64,000 bases of DNA from Yaniella sp. (lineage in GTDB: Bacteria > Actinomycetota > Actinomycetes > Actinomycetales > Micrococcaceae). Each line of letters begins with the position of its first letter. Within the stretch, counting starts at the first letter, position 1. Made by a program: the position numbers and the translations under genes. Below the pieces are notes generated by a model, which was not told the origin of the DNA, made no database searches, and worked only from the letters and a program-made list of their open reading frames with translations. Below are positions 9,867-20,276 of this stretch, piece by piece. The DNA is taken from NCBI GenBank assembly GCA_036516155.1, contig DATBUK010000025.1, forward strand, positions 3,991-67,990, written 5' to 3'.

Positions 9867-11477
9867 ATGCGAATTGCAGCCGTAGGAGCAACCGGAAACG
9901 CTGGAACGGCAGTGCTGCGCGAACTCGCCGCACGCGATGAAGTCGACACGATCCTTGGCATTGCCCGCCGGTTGCCGAACCGCGAGATGGAACCCTACCG
10001 TCAGGCCGACTGGGCGCAGATTGATATCCAGTTTGATGAGGCGCGCAGTGAGTTGGTCGAAGTTCTCAGCGGTTACGATGCTGTCATCCACTTAGCCTGG
10101 CTGATCCAGCCGAATAAGGAACGCGATCTTCTGCGGCGCACCAACGTCACCGGAACCCAGCATGTTCTCGAAGCAGCCGCCGAAGCTGGGGTTCGGCACA
10201 TCGTCGTGGCCTCATCGGTTGGGGCATATTCACCGGTCGATGATGATGAGCTGCGCGACGAATCGTGGCCAACTCAGGGCATTGAAAGCTCCCACTATAG
10301 CCGCGATAAGGCAGCTCAAGAGCGCGTCATGGACGCTTTTGAAGCCGAGCACCCAGACATCACCCTGGCGAGACTGCGGCCGGCACTAAAATTCCAGAGC
10401 AGCGCCGGATCTGAAATTCAGCGGTATTTTCTTGGCCAGTGGGTCCCTGTCCAACTCCTTCGCCTTGGACGTCCACCCATCATCCCGTTCCCCAAAGATG
10501 TCAGAGCCCAGGCGGTTCACACCGACGATGTCGCTCGAGCCTATGTCCTTGCGGCCCTGCAGGGAGCTCACGGCGCCTTCAATATCTGCGCTGACGACGT
10601 GCTCGATGCCGCCCGAATCGCTGGCGTGGTGACACGCAATCCGAAATATGGCCGCGTGATCCCCATTCCGAGCAAACCGTTGCGCCCGCTGATCAAAGCC
10701 GCACATCGCACTGGAGTGCTGGCAGCAGACGAGGGCTGGTTGGACATGGCACTTCGAGTGCCGCTCATGGATAACAGTCGCGCCAAACAAGAGCTCGGGT
10801 GGTGGCCCTCGAAGAGCGGCGCCGAGGCCCTCGATGAACTCATCCAAGGACTCACGGAAGGCAGCGGGAAACGATCGGCACCGATGCGACCCCGCGACCC
10901 CGAGTCGGTAGCACCATTCACCCTGCCGGCCCCAGATCACCAGCTCCCAGACCATGTCGACTCCGTGGCGCTACGGCAGTACATGTCCGATCACCTCGCC
11001 GGAGCCACCGCAGGGCTGAAGCGCATCCAAAAACTTGCCGAGACGTTTCTCGAAACCCCCGTGTATGGAGACCTGGCAACTGTTGCAGAAGAAATCCGAG
11101 TCGAACACCATTACCTGGAAAAACTTATCCAGGCCCAAGGGTTTCCTCGTCCCAGTTTGGCAGCGCCTGCCTTGTGGATTGGGGAACGTCTCGAACGCGT
11201 CAAATCATTTGTGCCCAAGGGTGTGAAAGTCACGCCCTCCATCCTCGTGTTTGAAACTGAGCTCATGATGTCAGCGGTCACCGGCAAGCTGCACGGTTGG
11301 CGCTCGCTGTTAGATATCGCCACAGATCTCGGCGTGCCGGCAGAAGTGTTCGAAGAACTCGCGGACGACGCGCTGCGACAATACGAGATCCTCCAAGAGG
11401 TGCACGCTTACGCTCGTCAAGATGCTTTCGAAGCCGAGCAAGAGACCGCCCCGGAAGATGCGGTACCGACTTCCTAA
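9867..11477 (+). CDS. NAD-dependent epimerase/dehydratase fused to a C-terminal helical domain
   Basis: GATGNAG Rossmann motif, HLAW, YSRDK (YxxxK); about 170 extra residues starting near YMSDHLAGATAG. Confidence 0.85.
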   Translation: MRIAAVGATGNAGTAVLRELAARDEVDTILGIARRLPNREMEPYRQADWAQIDIQFDEARSELVEVLSGYDAVIHLAWLIQPNKERDLLRRTNVTGTQHVLEAAAEAGVRHIVVASSVGAYSPVDDDELRDESWPTQGIESSHYSRDKAAQERVMDAFEAEHPDITLARLRPALKFQSSAGSEIQRYFLGQWVPVQLLRLGRPPIIPFPKDVRAQAVHTDDVARAYVLAALQGAHGAFNICADDVLDAARIAGVVTRNPKYGRVIPIPSKPLRPLIKAAHRTGVLAADEGWLDMALRVPLMDNSRAKQELGWWPSKSGAEALDELIQGLTEGSGKRSAPMRPRDPESVAPFTLPAPDHQLPDHVDSVALRQYMSDHLAGATAGLKRIQKLAETFLETPVYGDLATVAEEIRVEHHYLEKLIQAQGFPRPSLAAPALWIGERLERVKSFVPKGVKVTPSILVFETELMMSAVTGKLHGWRSLLDIATDLGVPAEVFEELADDALRQYEILQEVHAYARQDAFEAEQETAPEDAVPTS

Positions 11478-12079
11478 GCACGGTCCGGTTGCGCGTGGCC
11501 GCTGCCTTCTTCAACAGCGTCCAAGAGCAACTCAACACTGAAGGTAAAGGCTTCTTCGACCTGGTGCTGCTCGGCATCCTGCGTGGCGGCCAGCAGCCCG
11601 TAGCTCATGACGTGGGCCCACACGAGTTGGCCATACTGTTGCTGTGCATCCGGTCGTATCCCGGCGCGGGCGAGTTCGGTCATTACCCACTGCTTTAACA
11701 TTGTGCGGCCGGTATCTGCCTTTGGGGATTTCGTCAGTTTTGCGGCAATTTCCCGGTTGTCACGATAAATCTGCCACCAGGTGTGCATCAGCGTGCTCAA
11801 GTTTTTCCGCCAGCTCTGCGATGGATCTGGTGGTTCTAGGCTGGAGAAGAGTTCTTCGAATAACGCCGTCAATAGCGCCGACTTATTGGCGAAATGACGA
11901 TACATGGCACTGGCATCAACATGGAGTGCCTCACCGAGGCGCCGCATTGTCAGCGCCGAGAGCCCTTCGCGCTGGATAATTTCTTGCGCCGTGGTCACGA
12001 TCAGTTTCTTATCGAGGTGGCCTCGTTGTGTTGCTGGATGATGGTCGATAGTCGCCGAGCCTCCTTGTGGTTTCAGCAA
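11474..12079 (-). CDS. TetR/AcrR family regulator (TetR_C type)
   Basis: HTH LTMRRLGEALHVDASAMYRHFANK; divergent from the ABC operon. Confidence 0.88.
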   Translation of the reverse strand: MLKPQGGSATIDHHPATQRGHLDKKLIVTTAQEIIQREGLSALTMRRLGEALHVDASAMYRHFANKSALLTALFEELFSSLEPPDPSQSWRKNLSTLMHTWWQIYRDNREIAAKLTKSPKADTGRTMLKQWVMTELARAGIRPDAQQQYGQLVWAHVMSYGLLAATQDAEQHQVEEAFTFSVELLLDAVEEGSGHAQPDRA

Positions 12080-12167
12080 AGACTGTACAGGTCAGAGCGC
12101 AATATGACTGATGTGCGACAAGCTCCGTTCGCCGCCCGTACGTTATTTTGCCCTCTCAGAACCCAAT

Positions 12168-12181
12168 GTCAACATATTGAC
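12168..12181. promoter_or_regulatory. Palindrome GTCAA-CATA-TTGAC, candidate TetR operator
   Basis: Inverted repeat in the divergent TetR/ABC intergenic region; related GTCAACACTCTCATGAC at about 12210-12226. Confidence 0.45.
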
Positions 12182-12267
12182 TTCCCTCGAGCTCTCTGGC
12201 AATGTGATCGTCAACACTCTCATGACTCGCACTCTCCAGCGGCTGCTGGACATTGAAGGGATGAACC

Positions 12268-13482
12268 ATGAAAAAAATTTTCAAAGGGGTAGCACTGGCT
12301 GCTGCCCTGGCACTTGGGCTGAGCGCCTGTGGAGCTGACCCCACAGCCGAGGAAGAGACCGCAGACGCCAGCACCGGCGACGATTCAGATACCATCCTGA
12401 TCGGCGGATCCCTGAACCTCGACGGCGAACAATCCGCCTACGATGCGTTGATCCTCGAAGGGATTGAAGTTGCCATCGCTGAAGCCAATGAAAACGGCGG
12501 CGTGTTGGGCAAAGAGATCGTGTGGGAAAACCTTAACGGCGGGAGCGACACTACGACCATCGCAAATAACGCCGAGGTACTCATCGAACGCGGTGCCGAT
12601 GCGATCATCGCCCCGGCTGACTTCGACTATGGCAGCCCTGCAGCGCGTGCAGCCCAAGACGCCGGTCTCGTCGGCATCTCACCGGGCGCAACCTCACCGA
12701 GCTACGGCTCAGATGTGTTGGGCGACAAACAATTCACGATCGGCTACTGGAACACCGCGATGGGAGCTGCCGCAGCCGAGTGGGCCTACGAAGAACAAGG
12801 CTTCGAGAACGCCTACGTCGTGACCTACGACGGCCTGGACTACACCGAATCGCTGAGCCGCTACTTCATGGAGTCCTGGGAAAACGCCGGGGGTACCGTC
12901 GTGGCCGAAGACAAATACAGCGGTGGCGGTGACTTCAGCGCACAACTGCAGCGACTCCGCAACGAAATCGACAACGTGGATGTCATCTACATCTCGGTCT
13001 ACAACCCGGACCTTGCCCAGTTCATCCGCGAAATCCGAGCATCCGGCATCGACACGATGATCCTCGGTGGCGACGGCTATGACGGTCCTGAGCTCAGCGA
13101 AAGCCTTGGCGAAGAACACGGCAACAACATCTACTACGTCACCCACGCCTTCCTCAGTGAAGAAGCCAACCCCAATATTCCGGAGTTCATCGAGACGTTT
13201 GAGGAACATCAAGGGAGCGAGCCGCTGTCGATCCTTGAAGCCTTAGGCTATGACACCGCCACCGCACTCCTTGAGGCAATCGAAGCTGTGGGCACGACCG
13301 ACGGGGACGCCCTGGCAGAGCAGATGACCAGCATGGAATTCGATCTGCTCAGTGGACAGCTCAGCTGGGCTTCTGCTGAAGACGGTCACGAACCACAGAA
13401 GGAAACGGCCATCGTGTACCTCGATGAGGGCCAGCCGGTCTTTGATAAATGGTTCCAACCCGAGTGGACCCCAGAACCATAA
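12268..13482 (+). CDS. Liv-type ABC transporter substrate-binding lipoprotein
   Basis: Lipobox LSAC; LivJ-like pattern (EANENGGVLGKEI, GYD); strongly acidic. Confidence 0.9.
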   Translation: MKKIFKGVALAAALALGLSACGADPTAEEETADASTGDDSDTILIGGSLNLDGEQSAYDALILEGIEVAIAEANENGGVLGKEIVWENLNGGSDTTTIANNAEVLIERGADAIIAPADFDYGSPAARAAQDAGLVGISPGATSPSYGSDVLGDKQFTIGYWNTAMGAAAAEWAYEEQGFENAYVVTYDGLDYTESLSRYFMESWENAGGTVVAEDKYSGGGDFSAQLQRLRNEIDNVDVIYISVYNPDLAQFIREIRASGIDTMILGGDGYDGPELSESLGEEHGNNIYYVTHAFLSEEANPNIPEFIETFEEHQGSEPLSILEALGYDTATALLEAIEAVGTTDGDALAEQMTSMEFDLLSGQLSWASAEDGHEPQKETAIVYLDEGQPVFDKWFQPEWTPEP

Positions 13483-14240
13483 TGCCGGTAATTACCGACA
13501 GTGAAAGGCTCACAGCCAGCGGTGTCGTGATGGACTTTGCAGGTCTCCGCGCACTCGACGATGTGAGCCTCTCACTTGGCAGAGATGAAATCGTTGGGCT
13601 CATTGGGCCAAACGGGTCCGGAAAAACCACGCTGGTCAATGTGCTCTCCGGGGCGCTGACCCCAACCGCGGGCACAGTCACGATCGATGGTAACGAAACC
13701 ACGGGCTTGGCTCCCCGGAAGATCTCGCGGGCAGGTTTGGTCCGTACCTTCCAGACGGTTCGACTCTTCGGCACGATGAGTGTGTTCGAAAACGTGCAAC
13801 TTGGTGCGCTGGGGACTGGTATCCGCCGGTCACAGGCAACCCGACGAGCCAATGAACTGCTTGAGCTGTTCACCATCGACCACTTGCGAGACGTGCTAGC
13901 GGACTCGCTGTCGTACGGTCAGAAACGAATCGTCGAGATTCTGCGAGCAATTGCCACCGATTGCAACTACTTACTGCTCGATGAACCCGCAGCTGGGCTC
14001 AACGAGGAAGAAAGTGATCGGCTGCTCGGCCAGCTGTCGGGTATCCCAGACCAATTTGGTTGCGGTCTGCTGATCATCGATCACGATATGAATCTGATCA
14101 TGCGGCTATGTCAACGACTCCACGTGCTCAACCAAGGCAAAACGATCGCCGAGGGCGCCCCCGAACAAGTACGGGCAAACCCGACCGTCGTGGAAGCGTA
14201 TTTGGGAAGCCAGGCGGCCGCAGAAACCCATGAACCCTAG
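13482..14240 (+). CDS. Liv-type ABC ATP-binding protein (LivG-like)
   Basis: GPNGSGKT, RTFQ, LSYGQ, LLLDEPAAG, VVEAYLG; TAATG overlap. Confidence 0.92.
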   Translation: MPVITDSERLTASGVVMDFAGLRALDDVSLSLGRDEIVGLIGPNGSGKTTLVNVLSGALTPTAGTVTIDGNETTGLAPRKISRAGLVRTFQTVRLFGTMSVFENVQLGALGTGIRRSQATRRANELLELFTIDHLRDVLADSLSYGQKRIVEILRAIATDCNYLLLDEPAAGLNEEESDRLLGQLSGIPDQFGCGLLIIDHDMNLIMRLCQRLHVLNQGKTIAEGAPEQVRANPTVVEAYLGSQAAAETHEP

Positions 14241-14266
14241 GACACTACAGGTTAACGGAGCAGATA

Positions 14267-15010
14267 TTGAGTCTTCTTGAAGTGACCGATCTCCACGTGA
14301 GATACGGGGCCATCACTGCGATCAAAGGCATCGATCTGCACGTGGATCAGGGCGAATTAGTTGCGGTGATCGGCGCAAACGGCGCGGGAAAGACCACGAC
14401 TCTGGCAGCGATCGCCGGGGCACATCGAGCTTCTGCGGGCACGATTACCCTGGACGGTCGCGAAATTCAGCGCAGACGCAGCGCAGACATTGCACGCCGC
14501 GGCATCTCACTTGTGCCAGAAGATCGCGGGATCTTCCCGAGCCTGACCGTCGAAGAAAACTTACGGCTCGGCTCGTATCTGCTGTCGGATCACGCAGAAG
14601 TCCACCGTATGCGACAACAGATGTTCGAACGGTTCCCGATTCTTCAACAGCGGGCAGATCAAGGTGCTGGCACGCTTTCCGGTGGAGAGCAACAACAGGT
14701 GGCCATCGCCCGTGCGTTGCTGACCAAACCGCGGATACTCATGCTGGATGAACCCTCACTGGGCCTATCGCCCACGCTGGTAGACCGCATGTTTGATGTG
14801 ATTCAAGAGCTCCATGCAGAAGGGGTGACCATCTTATTGGTCGAACAAAACGTCTCCCGTGCGCTCGACCTCGCGGACCGCGTGTATGTGCTGACTAACG
14901 GTGTGATGACCGCGAATGGGACCCCCGATCAGATCCGTGATTCGGTGGACATCGAAACGGCCTATCTCGGAGGAGCGGGCTCGAACAGTTTGGAGGGTGA
15001 CCATGGGTGA
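14267..15010 (+). CDS. Liv-type ABC ATP-binding protein (LivF-like)
   Basis: GANGAGKT, LSGGEQQ, LDEPSLGL, LLVEQN. Confidence 0.92.
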   Translation: MSLLEVTDLHVRYGAITAIKGIDLHVDQGELVAVIGANGAGKTTTLAAIAGAHRASAGTITLDGREIQRRRSADIARRGISLVPEDRGIFPSLTVEENLRLGSYLLSDHAEVHRMRQQMFERFPILQQRADQGAGTLSGGEQQQVAIARALLTKPRILMLDEPSLGLSPTLVDRMFDVIQELHAEGVTILLVEQNVSRALDLADRVYVLTNGVMTANGTPDQIRDSVDIETAYLGGAGSNSLEGDHG

Positions 15011-15896
15011 GATTCTGCAGGTCATCATCAACGCGCTTAGTCTCGGCAGCCTCCATGCACTGCTTGCGCTGGGCTTGGTCATGGTCTTTGGGATTCTGAA
15101 GCTAGTGAACTTTGCCTACGGTGAGCTCATTATGGTCGCAGGCTATACCTGGTATGCTTTGCAGCCCAGCTGGGTCCCCTTGATCCTCATTATGGTTGTC
15201 GCGATCGCGGCTGTGGTCTTTACCAGCGTGGCCACCGAACGTATTGCTTTTCGCCCGCTGCGCTCAGGCACCATGAACGCGATGCTCATTACTTCATTTG
15301 CGGTCAGTACGGTATTGCAGTCTTCGGCGCTGATCTTTATCTCCCCCAGACCCAGCGTGATCAATGTTCCCAGCTGGTTGACCACGTACGTCAGCATTGG
15401 TCCGGCACAAATCTCGGTGTTGAACTTGGTCATCTTCGGGGTCAGTATGTTGACCTTGCTCGGGCTCATGCTCATCATGCAAAAGACACGGCTTGGTATC
15501 ACGCTGCGCGCTGCCGCAGACGACTTCCGCATGCTGCAACTGCTGGGCATCCGAGCCGATCAGGTCATCGCGATGGCTTTTGTCATCAGTGGCCTGTTAG
15601 CGGGGATCGCTGGTGTCCTCTGGGTGAGCAGGATCGGTATGGTCTGGCCGACCATCGGGATGACACCCCTGCTGATTGCGATCATCGCGATCGTCGTCGG
15701 TGGGATGAACAGCTTGAAAGGCGCCATCGTCGGAGGTTTTTTCATGGGTGGACTGCACATCATTATGCAAACCTTTTTGCCACAGAACCTGCTGGCCTTC
15801 ATGGATGCCTTCATCTTCGGAGTTGTGATCCTGGTGCTGGTGTTCCGACCGGAGGGCATCGTCAAAGCCCGACTCCAAACAGAAAGGATCGGCTAA
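15003..15896 (+). CDS. Liv-type ABC permease (LivH-like)
   Basis: FGILKLVNFAYG, TRLGITLRA, VFRPEG; RBS GGAGG before ATG 15003. Confidence 0.9.
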   Translation: MGEILQVIINALSLGSLHALLALGLVMVFGILKLVNFAYGELIMVAGYTWYALQPSWVPLILIMVVAIAAVVFTSVATERIAFRPLRSGTMNAMLITSFAVSTVLQSSALIFISPRPSVINVPSWLTTYVSIGPAQISVLNLVIFGVSMLTLLGLMLIMQKTRLGITLRAAADDFRMLQLLGIRADQVIAMAFVISGLLAGIAGVLWVSRIGMVWPTIGMTPLLIAIIAIVVGGMNSLKGAIVGGFFMGGLHIIMQTFLPQNLLAFMDAFIFGVVILVLVFRPEGIVKARLQTERIG

Positions 15897-16961
15897 ATGT
15901 TTCGCGCAGCACCTGCAGCGACCTCGCGCAAGATCCGACCCATCCTCATCACCCTCGGCGTGCTCGCGGTCATTGCAGTGGTGGTCTCGCTGTTTGGCTC
16001 CACGGTGATCAACCGGGTGACCACCGTGATGTTTATTTACGTGGTCGTGGTGTTAGGCCTGCAGATGTTCATGGGAAACTCGGGCATTTTATCGTTTGCG
16101 CACGTGGGATTCATGGGAGTTGGGGCCTACGGCTCAGCGCTGATGTCGATCCCGGCAGACAACAAGCGGCAATCATTGCCGAACCTCTACGACCCTTTGG
16201 TTGGCATTGAGTTGGCATTTCTGCCCGCCATCCTGGTTGGTGCCACAGCCGCAGCACTTTTCGCGGCAATTACCGGGTTTGCGATCATGCGGCTGTCAGA
16301 CACTGCCGCAGCGATCTCCACGTTTGCGGTCTTGGTCATTATCAACGTCGTGCTGTCTCAGTGGAATGAAGTCACGAACGGTCCCCGGACACTGTCGGGT
16401 ATTTTGCGCTACACCGACCTGTGGACCGCTTTCACGTGGGCGGTCATCGTAGTCGTGGTCGCGTTCCTATTCAAAGAGTCCACTCGGGGTATGAAGCTGC
16501 GTGCAACCCGTGACAACATGCACGCGGCAGAAGCCATCGGAATCAACATCGTCCAATCCCGCTGGATCGCCTTCGTGTTATCGGCCTTCATTGCGGGACT
16601 GGCAGGCGGTCTATGGGCGCACTTCATTACCTCGTTCCAGCCCGATGCGCTGTATTTCAACATGACCTTTCTGGTGTTAATGATGCTGGTCGTTGGTGGA
16701 CCCCAGACCATTACCGGTGCGACACTTGGAGTGATCATCATTACGATCGTGTCTGAAGGACTCCGTACCGTAGAAAATAATCTCGCCCTGAGCGGGGCGC
16801 TGCCATTCAAAACCGTTGGCATGACCGATATTTTGCTGGCCGTGGCCCTGATCGTCATGCTCGCGCTCAGACCGGGTGGCATTCTTCCCACCGTAGAATT
16901 CGGGGCCGGGGTGCGACGTGGTCGCGCGAAGAAAACCTCGGGCAGCACCATAGAAAGGTAA
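15897..16961 (+). CDS. Liv-type ABC permease (LivM-like)
   Basis: GILSFAHVGFMGVGAY, GMKLRATRDN...AEAIGIN, LRPGG. Confidence 0.9.
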   Translation: MFRAAPAATSRKIRPILITLGVLAVIAVVVSLFGSTVINRVTTVMFIYVVVVLGLQMFMGNSGILSFAHVGFMGVGAYGSALMSIPADNKRQSLPNLYDPLVGIELAFLPAILVGATAAALFAAITGFAIMRLSDTAAAISTFAVLVIINVVLSQWNEVTNGPRTLSGILRYTDLWTAFTWAVIVVVVAFLFKESTRGMKLRATRDNMHAAEAIGINIVQSRWIAFVLSAFIAGLAGGLWAHFITSFQPDALYFNMTFLVLMMLVVGGPQTITGATLGVIIITIVSEGLRTVENNLALSGALPFKTVGMTDILLAVALIVMLALRPGGILPTVEFGAGVRRGRAKKTSGSTIER

Positions 16962-16963
16962 CC

Positions 16964-17995
16964 ATGATGGAAACGTTTGAGTTTGATGTCGCTCCCGATA
17001 TCGATCCTGCGAAGCTCACTTACACCTTCGGCGGAGCGGAGCCACAAGCCCAAGTTAAACCGGGCACACTGATCTCGACTTCAACCTTGGACTGCTTTGC
17101 GGGCAAGCTGACCAAAGACGGTCAAGGCACCCCTTCCGAGCAGCTGGACTTCCGCTACCTCAACCCGCAGACCGGACCGTTTTATGTCGAAGGTGCTGAA
17201 CCGGGCGATACCCTGGCGGTGCACTTCGTGAGCATCGAACCGCGCTTCGACTGGGGTGTGAGTATGATGCTGCCCTTCTTTGGGGCGCTGACCGGCACGG
17301 GGACTACAGCCACACTCAACGATCCGCTGCCGGAACAAGCCTGGTTCTATGATTTCGACATCGAAAAGAACACCGTCTGGTACACCGCAAATGACAGCGA
17401 TTTGCGACTGCCGCTGCCGCTCGATCCGATGCACGGCACCGTTGGTGTTGCCCCCGCGGCTGGTGAGGCCCGCTCCGCGCTGGCTCCCGGGGATTTCGGT
17501 GGCAACATGGACTCACCGGAAATGCGTGCCCAGACCACTGCCTACTTCCGGGTCAATGTCCCCGGCGCCTTGTTCAGCCTGGGCGATGGACACGCGCGCC
17601 AGGGTGAGGGCGAAGTGTGTGGTGTCGCGGTCGAAACGGCGATGAACACGAGATTCATTCTGGAAGTGATCAAGGGCGATGGTCCGGCCTGGCCACGCAT
17701 CGAAAGCGACGAGTACTTGATGACCACAGGCTCCGTGAAACCGCTTGAAGACGCATTCCGGATCGCCAACGTCGAGATGGTCAACTGGGTGTCCGAACTG
17801 CTGGAGATCAGCACGATGGACGCCTATCAGCTCGTGTCCCAGACGAGCCTGAGCCCTGCAGCCAACGTCGTCGACACTGTGTACACCATGGTGTGTAAAG
17901 TACCGAAGAAGCTGCTGGGCGAAGCAGCGCTGAAAGCCTACGGTGGCGCTCACGAGTCACTGCGCCAACAGGCACAAGCCTGGGCGAACCAGTAG
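16964..17995 (+). CDS. Acetamidase/formamidase family protein
   Basis: NPQTGPFYVEGAEPGDTL, GGNMD, GDGHARQGEGEVCGVAVE. Confidence 0.92.
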   Translation: MMETFEFDVAPDIDPAKLTYTFGGAEPQAQVKPGTLISTSTLDCFAGKLTKDGQGTPSEQLDFRYLNPQTGPFYVEGAEPGDTLAVHFVSIEPRFDWGVSMMLPFFGALTGTGTTATLNDPLPEQAWFYDFDIEKNTVWYTANDSDLRLPLPLDPMHGTVGVAPAAGEARSALAPGDFGGNMDSPEMRAQTTAYFRVNVPGALFSLGDGHARQGEGEVCGVAVETAMNTRFILEVIKGDGPAWPRIESDEYLMTTGSVKPLEDAFRIANVEMVNWVSELLEISTMDAYQLVSQTSLSPAANVVDTVYTMVCKVPKKLLGEAALKAYGGAHESLRQQAQAWANQ

Positions 17996-18005
17996 CTCGG
18001 CAGGA

Positions 18006-18959
18006 TTAGTAGTAGAACGCGCCGCTCGGGTCGGAGGAATAGTTTTCCGCATCACCCGGGCGGCGCCACTCGATTCCCAGCGCCTCGGCCAGTTCAATAA
18101 TGCTATTGGACCGGGCCAACCGGGGCAGATCGGAACCGTTGCGGATCTGTCCGCCGTCCTTTTCAAATTCTGCTAAGAAGTCGTGCGCCCAGGTCAGTTC
18201 TTCCTGCGACGGGCTGAGCCCGGCGTTAATGGTAGCGGTCTGTTCGGGCAGGAGGCACAGCTTGCCGGTGAACCCGAATTCGGAAGCAACCGAAGCTCCC
18301 TGGATGAGGTTCTTGCTGATGGTGCCTTGGGTTGGACCATCGATCGGTGATGGCAACATGGCGGCCTTCGAAGCGATGGTGAACTGACTGCGCGGGTAGG
18401 CCAGAGCGCGGGCTGAGCCACCGAACCCGGTGTCGCGCCGGAAGTCGCCGACCCCAAAGGCCAGCCGGAAGGTGCCGCGGGCTGCTGCGATCGAGTTGAT
18501 GCGTTGCAGTCCGCGGGCAGTTTCGACGAGCGCCACGATCGGGACACCCGGCAGACGCGCGGCGGTCTCGTTGACGTGGTCGGTCGATTCGACCATCGCC
18601 AGCATGACGCCAAGCAGCCCACCATTTTGGTGCGGGCCGTCGAGCTGGTGGGTGATGAATTTCGCAAGTTCGTTGACGTCTTGTTCCCACCACTGGGTGG
18701 CAAAACCGTTGATGCGCACCCAGCCGGTGTGGCCGGCTGCAAACCAGTCGGTCACGTTTTTGAGTGCCCGCTCTTTATCTTTTGGTGCAACAGCGTCCTC
18801 AATGTCGAACACCACAACATCAGCGGCAGAATCTTCGGCCGACTGGAACCCTTCAGGTTGCACGGCGTTGACCAGGAGCCAGGATCGGGCGAGGTCAGCT
18901 TGGACTTTTTGGCCGGGTGAAGGGGTGATGTATGTCGTCATGATGGAACTATTGGGCAC
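18006..18959 (-). CDS. HpcH/CitE family CoA-ester lyase
   Basis: RSWLLV, DIEDAV, WVRING, LVETARG, FGVGDF, GKLCL. Start either GTG 18959 (RBS GAGGAG) or ATG 18941. Confidence 0.85.
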   Translation of the reverse strand: MPNSSIMTTYITPSPGQKVQADLARSWLLVNAVQPEGFQSAEDSAADVVVFDIEDAVAPKDKERALKNVTDWFAAGHTGWVRINGFATQWWEQDVNELAKFITHQLDGPHQNGGLLGVMLAMVESTDHVNETAARLPGVPIVALVETARGLQRINSIAAARGTFRLAFGVGDFRRDTGFGGSARALAYPRSQFTIASKAAMLPSPIDGPTQGTISKNLIQGASVASEFGFTGKLCLLPEQTATINAGLSPSQEELTWAHDFLAEFEKDGGQIRNGSDLPRLARSNSIIELAEALGIEWRRPGDAENYSSDPSGAFYY

Positions 18960-19119
18960 CAAGAACTCCTCGTGGCATTGCGCCAATGCCTCTATGCTTC
19001 GGTTAATGCGCTGCAATCAGCGGTACAAAGGTCGTTTACAAGAGTACCGCGACTGGCAAATCACTCCAACGAATCAAGCTGCTGGGGTAGTCCATGGAGT
19101 GGGTCACAAGACGTCTGCT

Positions 19120-20238
19120 TTACACCAATCCCGGGCTTAACCATTGAGGGTCCCGGTGCGCGTGGGTAGCATCCACCGCGGCATGCATCACGTCCTTGAG
19201 GTTCCGATGGAGCACATAGGCTTGCCGCTGTACTTGGGCTCCCGAGCCGCCTTGTAAAATTTCTGCCACGACGGTCTGGACAGCCTCGTCTTCGTGGTAC
19301 TCAGCGAGGACAGGTCCAGTCTCGTCCAGCAGCAGGGCTACCGCATCACTGGCGGCAACTGGGTTGCCCGTGAACGGGTTGGTCAGTTGGGCTTCTACCC
19401 CGTAGCGGCTGGCCTGCCAAGCCCACGTACGCAGCAGCGTGGTGGGCACGCGCGGTGCTTCCTCGTCGCCCTTGCGGATGGCCGTTTCCACTAACGCCCT
19501 GGCCAGCGCGGCGATAACAGCTGCCTGGTCCGCGTACAGGCAGACATCGGCTACTCGGATCTCCAGTGTTGGCTGGCGGTCGCTGAGGCGGGCATCATAG
19601 TAGAGCATTCCGGCATCGAACGGCACTTCGGTGGCCAACAGTGCTTCGCGCTGTGCCTCGTATGCTTCAACAGTCTCGAAGAGTTCCGTGGGACCAGAGG
19701 TAGGCCAGCGTGACCACGCTTGGTACCGGTAGGATGCGAAACCCGTTTCGCCGCCCTTCCAAAATGGGGAATTGCTGCTGAGTGCCAGCAACACATGGAG
19801 CCAGATCCGGATCCGGTCCAGTGCGATGACTCCTTCGTCCCAAGAATCAATCGCCACGTGGATATGGAAACCGTTGGTGAGTTGTTCGGCGGCGGTGATG
19901 CCAAACCGCTGTGCGATTCTGTGGTTGCGGGTTCCTGGGACCCTGTGGGAGTTGGTGATTCCCGGAGCGGTGGGTATCGCTGCTACTCGCCCGCCGAAGA
20001 CCGCGGCTGCGGCTTCTGCTTCCTGACGTCCGGTACGGATTGCTTCCAACTGCTCGGCAAGAGTATGTTGCGGTGGAGAGACGGCTTCTAACTGTTCTTG
20101 TTTAAATTCGGTGGTGACTTTATGGCCGGTGCGGGCGACCTCTCCTTTCTGAGCTACCGTTATTTCACCTGCTGGTAGCGGCTCCAAGGAACTCGCATCC
20201 ACCAACAGTAGTTCTTCTTCAACTCCAAATGTCCGCAC
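19120..20238 (-). CDS. YbdK-family carboxylate-amine ligase (glutamate--cysteine ligase 2)
   Basis: TFGVEEELLLVD, GFHIHV, SSNSPFW, YYDARLS, TLEIRVAD. Confidence 0.9.
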   Translation of the reverse strand: MRTFGVEEELLLVDASSLEPLPAGEITVAQKGEVARTGHKVTTEFKQEQLEAVSPPQHTLAEQLEAIRTGRQEAEAAAAVFGGRVAAIPTAPGITNSHRVPGTRNHRIAQRFGITAAEQLTNGFHIHVAIDSWDEGVIALDRIRIWLHVLLALSSNSPFWKGGETGFASYRYQAWSRWPTSGPTELFETVEAYEAQREALLATEVPFDAGMLYYDARLSDRQPTLEIRVADVCLYADQAAVIAALARALVETAIRKGDEEAPRVPTTLLRTWAWQASRYGVEAQLTNPFTGNPVAASDAVALLLDETGPVLAEYHEDEAVQTVVAEILQGGSGAQVQRQAYVLHRNLKDVMHAAVDATHAHRDPQWLSPGLV

Positions 20239-20276
20239 TATCGTGTCCCTTCACCTTTGCAACGTACTTCGCTTAC

